A stretch of 63,982 bases of DNA, the filler included, from Basidiobolus ranarum (Eukaryota), in NCBI GenBank assembly GCA_040143965.1. It is 3 parts of 3 records of this genome, joined end to end, with 100 filler letters (N's around TTAATTAATTAA, not from the genome) between each part and the next. Parts side by side here need not be neighbours in the genome. Positions count along the whole stretch, not along the records: positions 1 to 23,162 come from JASJQH010000172.1; positions 23,263 to 46,387 come from JASJQH010000173.1; 1 more part is not named here. One strand, given 5' to 3'. Every line of letters begins with the position of its first letter. Position 1 is the stretch's first letter. Both the position numbers and the translations under genes were made by a program. The notes under the pieces were generated by a model. The model searched no databases, was not told the origin of the DNA, and saw nothing but the letters and a program-made list of their open reading frames with translations. Below are positions 12,276 through 26,004 of the stretch, piece by piece.

Positions 12276-12634
12276 TCCGAATTCATTATTTCCGAATATT
12301 TCATACCACAATAAATGATTTCTGAATGATTACCACTCAACTTCACGCACCTAGTACATAATTATGGTTACATGCATGAAACTAAGAATCCAAAAGTTCA
12401 TATGGAGCTTAGTATGATCTACAAACTACGTGGGAAAGTAGTGTTTAAGCATTAACATGCAGTTATTCCATTAAATCACGCGTGAATAACATTCACAACA
12501 CCCACCATAACTCGGCATGTTTGTTATCAAACATTTGGATGCCTCCTACAGAAGAAATCACCAAAGTATAAAACGGTATGAATATTCCATTCCTAAACTC
12601 ATCCAATATACCAATCTCACCTACAACAACCAAC

Positions 12635-13015
12635 ATGCGTTTCAACACTCTCAGTCTTTTAGTTCTTTTAGGTTCCGCTTACTTAGTGAACACCACTACC
12701 ATCAACCTTTTAAGAGAAGATGGAAGACTCTTACCATTAGGTGAACCAGGTAAAAAATCCGGTTCCGAACCCGCTCCAGAGAAATTGAACAAAGAAACCT
12801 GTGAACAAATAGCCAAGTCTCTAGGTGAACCTAAATTACTCCATGGACTCAAAGTTATCTGTCAAGGACAAAAGATACAAATAATCCGTGGAAAAGCCGT
12901 CCTTCTTGCAACACCAGATTTGCTTCCCAAAGATTTATTCAAAGATGGTTGTCAAAGATTACAAAAATGTGCTCAAATTCTTGGAATTGAAGTAGAGAAT
13001 GAAAAGAAAGAGTAA
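12635..13015 (+). CDS. Small secreted protein of unknown function (126 aa, 4 Cys, Lys/Glu-rich)
   Basis: ATG in ACCAACATG context, signal-peptide-like MRFNTLSLLVLLGSAYLVNT, upstream TATAAAA (~12567), downstream AATAAA. Confidence 0.6.
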   Translation: MRFNTLSLLVLLGSAYLVNTTTINLLREDGRLLPLGEPGKKSGSEPAPEKLNKETCEQIAKSLGEPKLLHGLKVICQGQKIQIIRGKAVLLATPDLLPKDLFKDGCQRLQKCAQILGIEVENEKKE

Positions 13016-13348
13016 ATAGGAAACAATGAGTACCTTCTATATATCCGTTAGAGAATTTTTACTAGTGATATTCACTAGTTATAGATACCATATAAACCAA
13101 TTATCAATAAACACTGTGTTTAAGAGTCAACCACCTATATGTTTAATCCAAAATTTCGAGAACTTATAAATCGGTAGGGAATGCTAGTTATCGGTCAGCT
13201 AATAATAATGCGTACGTTCACAAAAACTTGTTATACATCTTAATAATACAGGGGTTATGATAATTGGGATATGTTAACGAGCGATGATAGGAGGATAAAT
13301 ATGGATATATTGAGAGGGATATAACGGGTGTAATAGATATCGAGGAAT

Positions 13349-14996
13349 TTAACTAAGTTGAACCCATTTTGCAATGGATGGAATTCCATCTTCAACTACA
13401 AATACCATGTAGTGTTTGGGTGGAGCAATGGCAGCGTAGGGAGGTGCTCTGACAGTGATGGTATCCCCGTTGTGTCTAACAACTTCAAGTTTGACTGCTC
13501 TATGGTTCATGTGGGTACTGTGTGTAACAAAGCCACTATGCATCAAGGTCACAGTAATATCAGGATCCGAGCCAAATGTCTGTACTTTGATGTCAAATTC
13601 TTCGTTGTATTTGACCGATTGTTGAAGGCTGTCGATGACGGGTCTTGGTCTGTCGGCAAAGAGGTATGGTGGACTGAAGGCTTCCACACGATATTCAGTA
13701 GGGAAATCTACCTTCTCCCAAAGTGAATCTACATTGGGATTACTTCCAGCAACAAAGACTCGACCATCAGGGATGAGAAGAGCGGTAGAATGATACACTC
13801 GAGGGATAGCCGATGGACTCCAGGTAGTGAATCTCTTGCCCTTGGGGGCATTAGGATCGTAAACAACTGGACTGAAGGTTGGGTTGGTAGCTCTATTGAA
13901 GCCAGCGGTACCAATCTCTACTCCATTGACGATCAAAATACGACCATCTGGAAGAGCCAATAGATCTGGCATCACACGAGGCATAGGCATATCCTCCATC
14001 TCCCATTTAGGATCACTCTCATCAAGATTAATTCTGGCACAACTCTTCAAACCGGGACTCTTACGCCAGTAGCGAGTACTACCACCACAGATCAACACCT
14101 CCGATTGATAGTTATTCTCTGGTGATAAAGGTAACAAAATAGAACCACCGGTCAACGGATATGTTCTAACACCTCCTGGAATCTCTGGAAGTTCTTTCTC
14201 TATCTCCCATGTTTTTGTGTTAAGAATAACCGAACGAGTATTGGAAAAGATGAACAAGTTTCCTGATGGAAGAAGATGTACGGCAGGATAAAGGTTGTGG
14301 GGTAAAGTGTCTTCCATGAATTGGAAATGCTTTTGACCTTGGAAAGAGTCTTTAGGAGAAGTGGGGTAAAGTTCAAAAGTGGGTACATTGATATCCTTGT
14401 TGTTGGTTGCACAGGTGGTACTTGATCCACCCAGAATAAAAAGTCGACCATCTTCGAGACTTTCCACAGTTGGATACCAGCGCTTATTGGCAAGGGTGAT
14501 GTTAAAGTCTTGATTGAAGTCACAGAACTTATCAGTACAGGGCTGGAACGAACGGATACCGTTAAAGCCCTCTTCGATCTTACGACGACCTTGAGATCCG
14601 GCAACGTTGATTAATGTCTATAAATGAAATAAGATGGTCAATCAATGGTCTTCAAAGTATCCACCAATTGCTCTAATGAACACTCACTCCGTCTGGAAGG
14701 AAGCCACCGGCTGAACAGAAGGTGTTACTCTTCAAGTTCAATGGTCGCACGGTATTTGTCTCCAAATCGTATTCAGTACCCCAAGCAAATTCACCTGTTG
14801 GTAGGTAAATTTTCGAGCCTTTCTGAACTCTATCCAAAATAATTACATGATTGGTATGAGTTAATGCCATGTGCATCGCAGATACTCCAGAATGTCCGAT
14901 AAGGTCCCATTGACCGCTAACATCTACTTGGGCCGAGGTGAAACTTAGCGCAGTGGCAATAAGGGCCAAACGCGATAAGGAGGAAAGCTTTGTCAT
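13349..14996 (-). CDS. Secreted copper radical oxidase, glyoxal oxidase-like (CAZy AA5_1), 2 exons (14996-14688, 14617-13349)
   Basis: Signal peptide; GVSAMH, FCSAG (cross-link Cys), RWYPT (cross-link Tyr), RVYHS (Tyr, His) and FVTHSTHM (His); C-terminal APP...YMVFVV domain. Confidence 0.92.
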
Positions 14997-16700
14997 TGAA
15001 AGAAAAAGAAATGAATGGACGGAAACTGAAGTCCACTCTCGAGCAAAGGTTGCTATTTAAAGGATTTTGGGGAGCGAATAATTTGAAATCCAGTAGAGTT
15101 TTGTCCCACTCGAAGTTATTTCTAGCGTTCGTAGTAGCCGTATGGTGACACAAAAGAAACGATCATGGTTTTCTAATTGAAGTACGCATAATGGGCTAAT
15201 AAGATTGCAAGTCATCTAGAATACACTTGATTGAGAGATCTCGGCTCTTCCAATAATTCAGGTAACATTATACCTAGATATTATTGTTATGCGGCGTAAA
15301 CATCTCAATGATGATTAAATTGCCTCACAAAACCGTCAAGTCATACAGTTGGTTTATTCGATCTAGAACATGCCTACTTTACTCGTTCGTGAGAGAAGTT
15401 GATATAGCTCAATATAGAATTCTCTGTTTATATATGGGGTATATATACAATCCATATAAATAACTATACAGTGCGTTACGTTACCAAGCTGAGCCAGCTT
15501 TTACCATACAGACCAACATTAAATGAATGATTTAAAATGAATGATGTGCTTGATTTGGAAATGTCCAATTCTTGATTAGGGCATTTTCGGTAGTCCATCT
15601 GGCGCCCTCACCGTGCTAAAACCAAGCCAAGTTAGAAGGGTCCCAGGGGCTAATGTTGACAAAGGAGATGAATTTAATTTACTGGAATCTAGAGGGTTCT
15701 GATATGGAGGCAATGAAAGAATCCGAATCCCACTCCATGCCTTGTTGAAGTTCGTTTAGTCACGAACTATCTAAATATGTAAATAGTCGATGTTGAAAGC
15801 CAATCTCCTATTGAGAATTGATTAAAGTGATTTACGCCGATTTGTAGTCAACACCACAATATTCACGCCCAAATTAACTACCATTAAAGAAACACCTGAC
15901 ATAGTATGCATTGATATGGATTGTAGCGTCATCCATTTTTCATCCATTTTTCGACCGAATTAACCACAAATGAAAAGTAATCTGATGTACTTGATGAGAG
16001 GGGTGCTAGCATTTAACTGTAAAGAAAATTGCTAATCAGCAGCAAGAGAGCGTAGACAGTATATCCCGGTTAATCTGTAGTAAAGTACTACTACCATTGA
16101 CAACACAATATACTACTTCCCCAGGCTTGGCAACTGGTGATTGATATTGACACACCGACACGAGCATTGAACCTGCCAAGGATCTATCAATCCCTCTTCT
16201 AGACCTAAGTTTAGAGTCTAAACAAGGCATATGGCTTTTGAATATTGAACTATTCGGGTGATTTCGGTGATTTCAAATCATTGGCTGACCTGAGTGGAAT
16301 AGAATAGGTATCATTAAATTACTCGCTTAAAATCTCGTATTTACTAAAACGACCACTATAAAATGGACGAATGAAAGAGGCAAAAATTACCAAGCTTTAG
16401 CTAATTTAAGAGTACATATGGGTATAGTTGTCACAAAAGGAGATCAAGGTAATGCATGGATTTGCAAAGTGATTAGAAGGACATATCCACTACATCGAAG
16501 ATAAAATTAAAATCTAACAAGTCAGGAAAATATGAAATATGTATATGACTTTCGTAGGCAATGAAAGAAAAAAGTGTGAAATACAGAAAATATAGAATTG
16601 CCCGTCTAACATATGAGGGCTATTGAGGACAAGAGGTTGCTAGTTTCATTAGAGTCAACGCCGACCCTGGTTGTGGTGAACACTTCGAAATATATCCATT

Positions 16701-19648
16701 TTACATGTAAGCTTTGGCTGTTTTATACTCCTCGTCTTGAAAATCAACCCTGATCTCTTCTCTGCGAACCATCTTCTTATCTTGCTTATATGCTACATGG
16801 CTATAAATGTGGGCGATGATGGAGAACAGGATCCCCAGGCAACTAGATACCATGGATAGGAATGGGACTAGTTTGAAAAACCCATTGTTTGTTTTGTATA
16901 AGGTTTGGATGATTAACTGAGGAATATCTTCGATGAGGATATCCGCTGCGGTGCAATATAATATCCAGCGAGATACTCGCTCACTTAATGGTGCATTTAG
17001 ATCGTTCATTCCAGCAAATCGTGATCGCATAATATTAAGAAGTACCGGGTTGGTGGCTGAGAGCACTGAAATACCAGTGGTAAGCAGAGTTCGTTGAGAG
17101 AACCAATCATGGAACTTCGGATTAGAGGACACTTCTTTAACCACAATGGTTGTAGAGGCAACCATGTTGAAAGCGAATGGAAGAACAAAGAAGATAACCG
17201 ATGGAACCTGTAAGTATGGTATATCCCCACTATTTAGAATCACAAACAGTAGGTCGGCAATAAAGTCGAACAATGATACAGCCAACACGAATATCACCAT
17301 ATTGTCACTATCGGGGAAGCGACGGTGACAGAAGACATAAAATATTATCAAGCCTACAACCACACATACTATTCCAATAAGTGCACCTTTGTTGGTTTGG
17401 AATATATTCTCTAAATAGGTTCAATATCATATCTGGTTAGATACAGAAGGATATGCTTCTAGTTATTGTAATGCTAGTTACCTTCATACAAGGTTCCAAA
17501 TTCGGGATCCACAAATCTGGTTATGTTCCCGGCAATGAGATTACTAGAAGACCTCTTCATTATCATAGAGTTAAAATCTCCAGCCAATTTAGTTGCCATT
17601 CGTTTGCCATTCCCATTGCGAAGTCGTACCAAAGATACTTGATAGATCTCTCCTACTTCGTCTGTACGAAGGTAGCGTGACATCACTCTGTCTTGTTCAA
17701 TGGGGAGAAGATGGGATAGATCTTCGGAAAGTTTCTGGGCGACTTCGTTACGATCTCGGAGCGGACTAGTAGGGTTTTTGACCCTGATCTGAAGAATCAC
17801 ATCGTCTCTCTCAGCTAAAAGTAAGTAAAACGTTAATAAAATTCATTTGCCAATCATCCATGATTCTGATTCTATGCTACCTTGCTCGCCATAGTCTTTG
17901 AATTTAGGTGAAGAGAATTACAATTAGTTTTTGAAAATGTATGCGATTACTAGATTTGATAGCTTACCGGCAGCTGTTGTAAAAGTCCAGACATTCTTTG
18001 GGATACCCAGTAGTGGTTCGTTCAATGAACTTTTAAAAGTTCCACCATCGATTGTGATGAAATAATCGTGGCTTGGGGTATTAAACGTGAAACTCGACAC
18101 TTTCATCGAAAAGCTTTTGCCAAGTCCAGTGGGATCTGGTACGACAGCGATGACTTCACGAGGGTACTCAGGATAGTTGGAATCATAGATTGATATATTT
18201 CCTAGGCCAAACCGATAATCTTCTTGAAGGAAGCTTACGTTTAGATAACCTAAGCCTAGAGGAATCATACCATACAACTCAGGATAGGTAGAGGAGATTG
18301 CTGGATTATCACCATATTTTGACTCTATTAGGAGTAAATATCGTTAGTTCAATAATTTATAGACATATTGCCTCACGAACAACCTACCGGGAAGAAACTT
18401 GGGCAGGCCTTCTTGCACAGCTCTCCAACCAGGTTGAATGAACCAATCTGTTGGAGAGGGCTGCTTAGCTTGTTCCAGTGTGATAACCGTGTTGTTTGGT
18501 AAAACGCAAACGGTGTAGCTTTTTATATTCTTTCCATCATAAGGTTTTGGATTCCACTCTCGGTCATAAAGAAAAATTGCTGGCATAGCATTCGGGTTGG
18601 CAGGATCCGCTTTATAGTCTGTTGTCACTAGCAGACCGCCATAAGGTAGTGCAATATTCATAGCAGGTGAAAATACTTTACTTACATCCTCTGTCGAATT
18701 ACCAAGTCTAGTGGGAGTGTCGTAAACAGATCCAGAATAGGAAAAAACCGTTATAAATGTCACACGTGCCCAGACGGTACCTCCCTGAGGGGTCCATTCC
18801 TCGTATATGCAGTAATGGCCATCACCAGCTCTTAGGGTATCGCATTTATTGATCTTCATAAATCCAGTATTGGCGGTGGAAGTGGATACTAAGAAGGCCT
18901 TATTTACAGGCTGGCTAGGTGCTACGTAGGCAGCACGAATCACGTTATCTCCACCACGAGTCTTTCCAGGCCAGCTTACCAAAAAGCTTCCATCAGCAGT
19001 GGCAGATACGGAGACACTTGGTTGGTAGAGAGTTTTTTGATTCGCATCGAATATGTTGCTAGCGAGAAGAGAGGGTTTACCTATGGGTTTACCTTCATCA
19101 TCAAACATTTGCATTTTAAGCGATGGCCCAGACTTCGGATCAATATCAATGAAGGCCAATAATATCCTAATAGGAGAAGCTAAGCTAACAGCAGCAGAAT
19201 AGGTGATAACGTCTTGGAGTGCTATATTTTCTCTTTTCTTTTTCCCATCAGTTGAATACAACTGTAGGTTCAGCAAGTTAGTTCCTAGTTCTATGTAGAA
19301 ATAACCGATATCTCCTGAAGGAAGTGCTACAAACAAGGAATGATCATCTGACCAAAGTGGTGGAAAATCGTCCCGTTGGAACAGCATATTTCGATTTTTG
19401 TCATAAGCTACGACAAGATCTGGCAATATGGAGGCTTTAAGATCTTGAATGTATGTAGGGCTTTGAGGATTGGCATTTACGAATGACGTGTAATTCTTGA
19501 ATCTTGAAAAAGTCCAAATAGTTCTTCCATCTTGGAAAGCGACAGCGTTTAATCGAGGCACCTGGGTATCTTGAGAAAGTGCCGTGCTGATAAATAAGAG
19601 CCCAATGCATGAAAGAGTCCAGGCAAAATACAATTTGACACTGATCAT
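16701..19648 (-). CDS. Large membrane protein: signal peptide, beta-rich ectodomain, Big_5-like Ig domain, multi-TM C-terminus; 5 exons (19648-18388, 18324-17968, 17895-17881, 17814-17482, 17410-16701)
   Basis: Four consecutive minus-strand ORFs join in frame through GT-AG introns. YFITIDGGTF...EPLLGI...WTFTT resembles Big_5/SbsA Ig-like domains. C-terminus has several hydrophobic helices with DFIADLLF and EDIPQLIIQ. Confidence 0.75.
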
Positions 19649-21466
19649 AACTTTTAAAGTCCTAACGAAAAACTTGCTTTTGCTATAACTGTGAAGGGGA
19701 AACCTTCAATTCGATCTGTAGAATATACCCCAGAGTGATTGATTCAGACTAGAAACGGAGAAGATTAGGATGGGTGCTTATGTAATTAGATATATTTGCC
19801 AATTTTTTGGTTCGGAACTTACCGACTTGAAGTTGGGTATATGTTAAGACACTTCGGGTTCTCAACCCTCTTGGGAAATTGAATCGAGTAGTCTATTCTA
19901 TGGTGCAGATGTTGTGCAAGATATCGAAGGAGTGAAATCAAATCTATCTAGAGTAGGTGAAATAGAAGACCGTAAAGAGGTGACAGGGTATGATAATGTG
20001 AAAGGAAGAACAAAGAGGAGAGAGGGAGAGAATGTAGAAGAGAAATATAGTGGAGATAAAGGAAAATTAAGAGGACAGAAGCCATGCAGGACCTAGGGAC
20101 GAATCAAACAAATAGCCAAGTGCGGACGATCTGCATAACGTCAAGGGTTATTGCATTTGATGCTGCAAAGTTGTTTAGTTTCCTTGTTACAGGCTACTTC
20201 AGCCACTCCGCACTTCTACTTGTACCCTTACTACTAATCATATTTCTGGCTGTCAATACACCATAATCTATTTAATGAACTCAATGCGAATGTGGAGCAG
20301 ATTGATTGTGATGGTTCAAGTCGAGCATCCTTGAGAAGCTTCTATTCAATTAAAGAGTATATGTGCATACATGCATATAGACATTTCAATGCCCGGATCA
20401 AAGTGTTGTAAAATATCAAAGTAATCAAGAAACTCCTGGAATTTGCTGTCTACGATGGATCCTGTCTTCGGCGAATAAAGTGGAGATTTAAAATGACAAC
20501 TCCAATTTTATGTTTGCGTAGTGCATATTGATGCATACATGAGCCAGTTTTTGCTAAAAGTTCTAAAGTAATTTTCACCTGAAAAAATAATCTCCTTCTA
20601 TCAGGAGACTTTTGACAAGAAGGCTATTTAACATGGCATTGTAGTACAAAACTGTAAAGAAAGTAGGGTAGAGTCGAGTATAGGGGCCATTCAATGGTTC
20701 AATACGGACAAAAATGGTTAACTTTTGGTAGAATTCCTAACATAGTTAGTGGATCACATACCCAAAGGGCTTTACTAATCAGAAAGCGTAGAGTTTAATC
20801 CAGATTCTAATACTCTTTAGATTTGGGATTGTTAAATTAGGGGAATACTAACATAGGTCTCTATGAGAACTACTTGGGCGAGTCGATTTGATATTGGATA
20901 TAGAAGCAAATTTAGCTATCATTGAGTATCTACTTTTAGAATTACCGAGAATTTGCAGAGATTCCAATCAAATCTATGCTTGTACGTCCAGGTCGATCGT
21001 TTTGTACGCAATCACATGCTTATCTTATGATTACCCATGCATTTCTGCATATCAACTTCCAATAACTCTTTGCCAGACATATTGCTAAACGAAACTCTTC
21101 AGCTTAGTTTGCGATTTCTTTAAATATGCAAATTGTACATCGTGAGTTAGCCTTGAATCACAGGTAAACTAAACGACTTTGTTAATTCGAAGTGTGTGAC
21201 TTGCAGACGTAGTGACTGTGGAAGCATCGGTGGCATAAATCAGAATGGGGATGTTTAAAATACTAATCCTTTTGGGGGGACTGACTTGTTGGCTACCTCA
21301 CGCGTATTATTAAATTCACTCATCAGTTAGGGCTCCAACCACATTAAACCACGAATTTCTCAATATCAATAATTCATTGTTTTTGTCGCTTATTTTATCC
21401 CCTATCCCTTATTAAGTTTGAACTGTCCATATATCGTTCAAGCTTCTCTTTCTTATAGAATCCCAA

Positions 21467-23118
21467 ATGGATAACCTTGTCGCATCTCAAAATAGTCCAG
21501 CAGACCCTGAGGGTGCTGCACAAACTAAAAATATAAATCTCTCATCAGAAAATGCGTATCCCCAAATACAAATTATTGATGAGAATCAAGACTTTTCGTA
21601 AGTGAAGCATATAGTCAATTTGGTGTATTCATTTATTCAGAATTCGTCTCAAATTTTGTATCTGGAATACTTATAGTGACAAAGTAAACAAGTACATGAA
21701 AGAGCGCTGGAATCTTATTGATAGTGGATTTGACTATAATGTCGTTGCTGTTTTTGGTTCGCAGAGCACCGGAAAAAGTACTTATTTTGGCGTTATCTAG
21801 TAGTATTATCTTTTAGTAACACATCTACCTTCTACAGGTACGTTATTGAATAGTCTCTTTGGTACTAGTTTCGATGTCATGGATGATAAGAGACGTGCAC
21901 AAACTACCAAAGGTAAGATTTATTTCTCTAAAAATATACCTGCCTCTATCGATTAAATGTCTTTTTTAGGTATTTGGATTAGTCGTGGTCAAGGAATGAA
22001 AGTTTTAGTCATGGATGTTGAGGGAACAGATGGCCGCGAACGTGGTGAAGATCAAGTATGTTCCCAGAAGCTACTCACTGTCTTTAAAAGCATCTTCTAA
22101 TTACGATATCCAGGATTTCGAGAGAAAGAGTGCCCTCTTTTCTATAGCTACTGCTGAGGCCATCATCATCAACCAGTGGGAAAACATGATTGGGCTATAC
22201 AATGGTGCCAATATGGGTTTACTGAAGACTGTTTTTGAAGTTAATCTACAATTATTCCAGCAAAAAGGGTAATTTTTATATTATGAACCCGCAATACCCG
22301 ATACCTAGTCCTTCCATAACTTATTTTAATTTTTGCACCAAAAGGAGAGGAAAAACACTCTTATTTTTTGTCATTCGTGACTTTATTGGAAACACTCCCC
22401 TAGAGAACTTAACCACCACTTTAAAGAATGACCTGAATAAGCTATGGTCTGGTCTTTCGAAGGTATTGTTGTCACGCTCTTAACTTTCTCAGTAGTTTGT
22501 ACTAAAGTAGGTTCACTGTAGCCGGAGGGTTTAGAAGATTCCCAAATTACAGACTTTTTTGATTTCGCGTTCGCTGCACTTCCACATAAAATCCTTCTCC
22601 CACAAAAATTCGATGAAGGTGTAGCTGCTCTTCGTAAAAGGTGCATATAGGAATCGCTTTTCTGTTATTTTGGGTCCTAATTCTCAATCCCTTTTTTAGA
22701 TTCACTGACTCCTCTGACGCAGAGTACATTTTCAAAGCCAATTACCATAAAATGATTCCTGCCGACGGGTTTTCTACATTTTTGCAAGCTATATGGGTAT
22801 ATTTCTCTTTTCATAACTATAACAAATCATCCCAGTCTCTTAACGATTGAATTTTTATGTTCGCAGGAAAAAATTGTCACCAATAAGGACCTTGATCTTC
22901 CTACTCAAAAAGAACTGCTGGCCCAATACCGATGTGACGAAATTGCTAATGTAGGCACACATTATATATCCCTCAATAGCAGTCAGCTAATCTATTTGTT
23001 TAGGCTGCATTCAGCATCTTTCTTGAGGGCATTAAAGAGTTCAGACGCCCCATTGAGGCGGGCAACGTTATCGAGGGTTTAGGACCACAAATTGATGAAA
23101 TTCGTCAAATTGCTATTA
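21467..23118 (+). CDS. SEY1: SEY1/RHD3 (atlastin-like ER fusion GTPase), 5' part, at least 10 exons, cut by the gap
   Basis: Spliced translation gives [111 protein letters not shown]. Confidence 0.93.
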
Positions 23119-23162
23119 GTAGGAGCTTTCCGGACAGAATCCCTTTACTTGAATCCAACTGA

Positions 23163-23262
23163 NNNNNNNNNNNNNNNNNNNNNNNNNNNNNNNNNNNNNN
23201 NNNNNNTTAATTAATTAANNNNNNNNNNNNNNNNNNNNNNNNNNNNNNNNNNNNNNNNNNNN
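23163..23262. other. Artificial assembly spacer (44 N + TTAATTAATTAA + 44 N)
   Basis: Exactly 100 nt; the 12-mer has stops in all six frames; identical to the spacer at 46388-46487. Confidence 0.97.
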
Positions 23263-23373
23263 AAGTGCCTGGATTGGTGCTGAGGTAAAAGCACCCATTA
23301 AAGTTACAAATGCTTGTTGGGAAGATGGGTTCCAGTCAAATGGGAGTTCTTTCTTTGTAAGGTTTGTTAATGG

Positions 23374-24039
23374 TTGAACAACCCCTCACTACCACAAGTC
23401 CCATCAGGAAATTATCCCAGGGATACTTGTCAGGATGTTTTATCAGTCACTAATCTCTGTGAGAAACGTGAGCCGACGAATGACCTGAAGAGTTTATTGA
23501 ATCCACAAACACAGAGTTTACAACGCCCTCAACCACGTCGCTTCTCAGTCGAGCTCCCATTGCCCCTGAGGGTTGATCTAGCACCTCGAGCTTGCTCTGT
23601 TGAGCCTGGCCATCGCTATTGTCAAGAGGTGTACCCAGCTCAAAAAAATATGGGGGGTCTATCGATTGAAATCCCGACATTACCAAGTATAGCAACAATC
23701 ACCTCCAAAACGAACCAACCACCAACACCCGCACCAGTACTCCCACCATTAATGAACATCTCCTCAGCCTCAGCCATTTATGGTGAATCGAGAAGTGAAC
23801 AAGGATTAGTTGGTGTGGATACGCTGAGGTTCCGCAAGCGATCCATTTCACCAAGCGAGAGTGAGACCTCACTACCAGCATCACCAACAGATCTAGGATA
23901 TTACCAACAGCACAATATTGATATGGTGAATCGCCTACCACCAATCAACGTTGCATTATCCAATTCGAATATTCAGTATGGCAAAACTACATCGGATTTC
24001 TTCTCACACCCGCTAGCCCTTAGTTGCAACAAGGCCTAA
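23374..24039 (+). pseudogene. 5'-truncated inverted duplicate of the C-terminal half of the Zn2Cys6 TF gene at 26005-27365
   Basis: Translation is near-identical to 26673-26097 (RRFSVELPLPL...NIDMVNRLPPI) and then diverges. There is an in-frame TAA at 23368, no start ATG and no zinc-cluster sequence upstream. Confidence 0.7.
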
Positions 24040-26004
24040 ACGGCTAGCAAATCAAATGTATATACATATATATAATTTGGATGGCACATCCCAAGAAAAC
24101 CGGTAGTCTCATGCATTAGCTTATCCTAAAAAGGGCAATAATGTATTATATGTGTACTCTAGGCTCGCGAAAAGAATTTTTGTCTCGATCTTCAACCCAT
24201 GTATTAGTATTTTTCTGGACCAACTTCATTCACCAAATAAAATGTAACTATAGTTCCAAAATAAAGCCTATTTCTCACTATGTGCTAGGTCATTTCCAAA
24301 TACCGGTGATGTGGAAGGTTTTACTCCACCATCGATGATTTACGATACTAAGTTCGATATCAAAGGAGGACGTTGAAGCAGGATAACCTCCATTATGGTC
24401 AATTGTAATAAGTCATCCTTAAACCAATGCCTTGACTTGTTTCATGTTCTCCCTGGTACTGATTTGTCGATCACCTTGAAGGTATGAGTATGGGCACGGG
24501 TAAGGGTAAGAGTCAGGCTCTCCCCAAAAGCAACCCATAATCGTAACGCCATATCAAGGCTAATTGGTAAAATGAGACTCATCATTAGCTAGATATCCAG
24601 ATTTATCCATAAATGAAGTCAGGAATGGTCATGATTGAAAGTGACCCACAATCATGAATCAGCGTCGGTTATGGCCGGTGTTTGAATGAAGTATCGATCC
24701 GAATATTCTAAGCCAGCATCCTAGCCTCATTCTGAAAATGTGGATTATCGATTAAGCTAGCTAATCCTATTGAGTAACAATGCATAGGATGGCTGTTAAT
24801 CCTTACAAACCATTCACCACTGATTGTAAGTTTGTGAATTACCGATCAAAATCTGAATCTGTTGTACGTGAGACCATCCAGTACCTTCGATTACTAACCT
24901 AGTCCATCGATGACGCTTATGCCAACAGATGGCAACCAATCAAAGTAGTCCTTACGCCAGTCATATCTTTCGTTACCTCCTCGTGTTCTAACTTTAATAC
25001 ATGTCATTGATGGATGATTCAAATGAATATTATCTATAAATAATCACTGCATTTTGACCAGAGATTTTATGACAGACAAGAGAGTAGAACATCTTATTAG
25101 TCCATTCTCTATGACCTGAACGCCTGGGTTATGTAACACGGCCTCTAATTTAACTCTAATTTAATATTGGTGCGCTTGTTATAGAACTCAGTAATGCTCT
25201 AATGATGTAGTATTCCATGCTCTTACCCAATTTCAACCACTGTTCGTAGATCGTTTAGTCAGAGAGATGAAGTAACTATGCTAGTTTAGTGTTGAATCTT
25301 CCCACTTCGGATCCCCCCCAATTTTATGTAAACAGAGACCTCACAAGATCCTTGAAAAGTGGTTTGTCGTCTTGCCTATTGTACGCCGAATCTTAATCAA
25401 AATGATGTCAATGAATTCCCAATACCCAATATACACTCCAAGCCCGGTGTTCTCATGCTTAGTGTGGTTCACGCATGGTTTTCATTCAAGACAAATGACC
25501 AGATTGTGGTTCGTTCAACACTGACTTTGGTGACTAATTACTGTTTACGAACGGGGAAGTAGAATACATTTGAAGTGATGTAATGGTAGGATCTAGCATC
25601 CTTCTTTTCACATTAAACCATGATAGATTGTAGGGTTCAAAGTGGCTAGTGGAGTTTCATAACATATGTGCCATAGGTGTCACAGTAATCCCAATGGTGA
25701 ATATGACATCATCGAAAGAAATTCCTTGAAGATCATGATCAATGCACTCCCGAATACATCTACACAGAAATGTACTTTTGCTTACTAACAACTAAGGTTA
25801 TCTTTATGAGCTGGTTGGTTTACAGGAATCGCTTTCTATAACCGAATGTGTGGTAAAAAAGTACAAAACTCAAACAAGTATATATTTATTGATTTGAACT
25901 TATCTAATCACAAAAGAAATGAACTATAATGATGGAAAATTCAAGTGGCATTTAATTTACAACAGTTGCTAATATGTACAGTAATGATGAATGTTTGGGG
26001 TATT

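Noticed and set aside
23118..23162. Apparent truncation of SEY1
   Set aside because: Ends in an intron at the assembly gap, so there is no evidence of pseudogenisation.
23207..23218. TTAATTAATTAA palindrome inside N runs (also 46432-46443)
   Set aside because: Identical artificial six-frame-stop spacer, not biological. It also means gene neighbourhoods across it are unverified.
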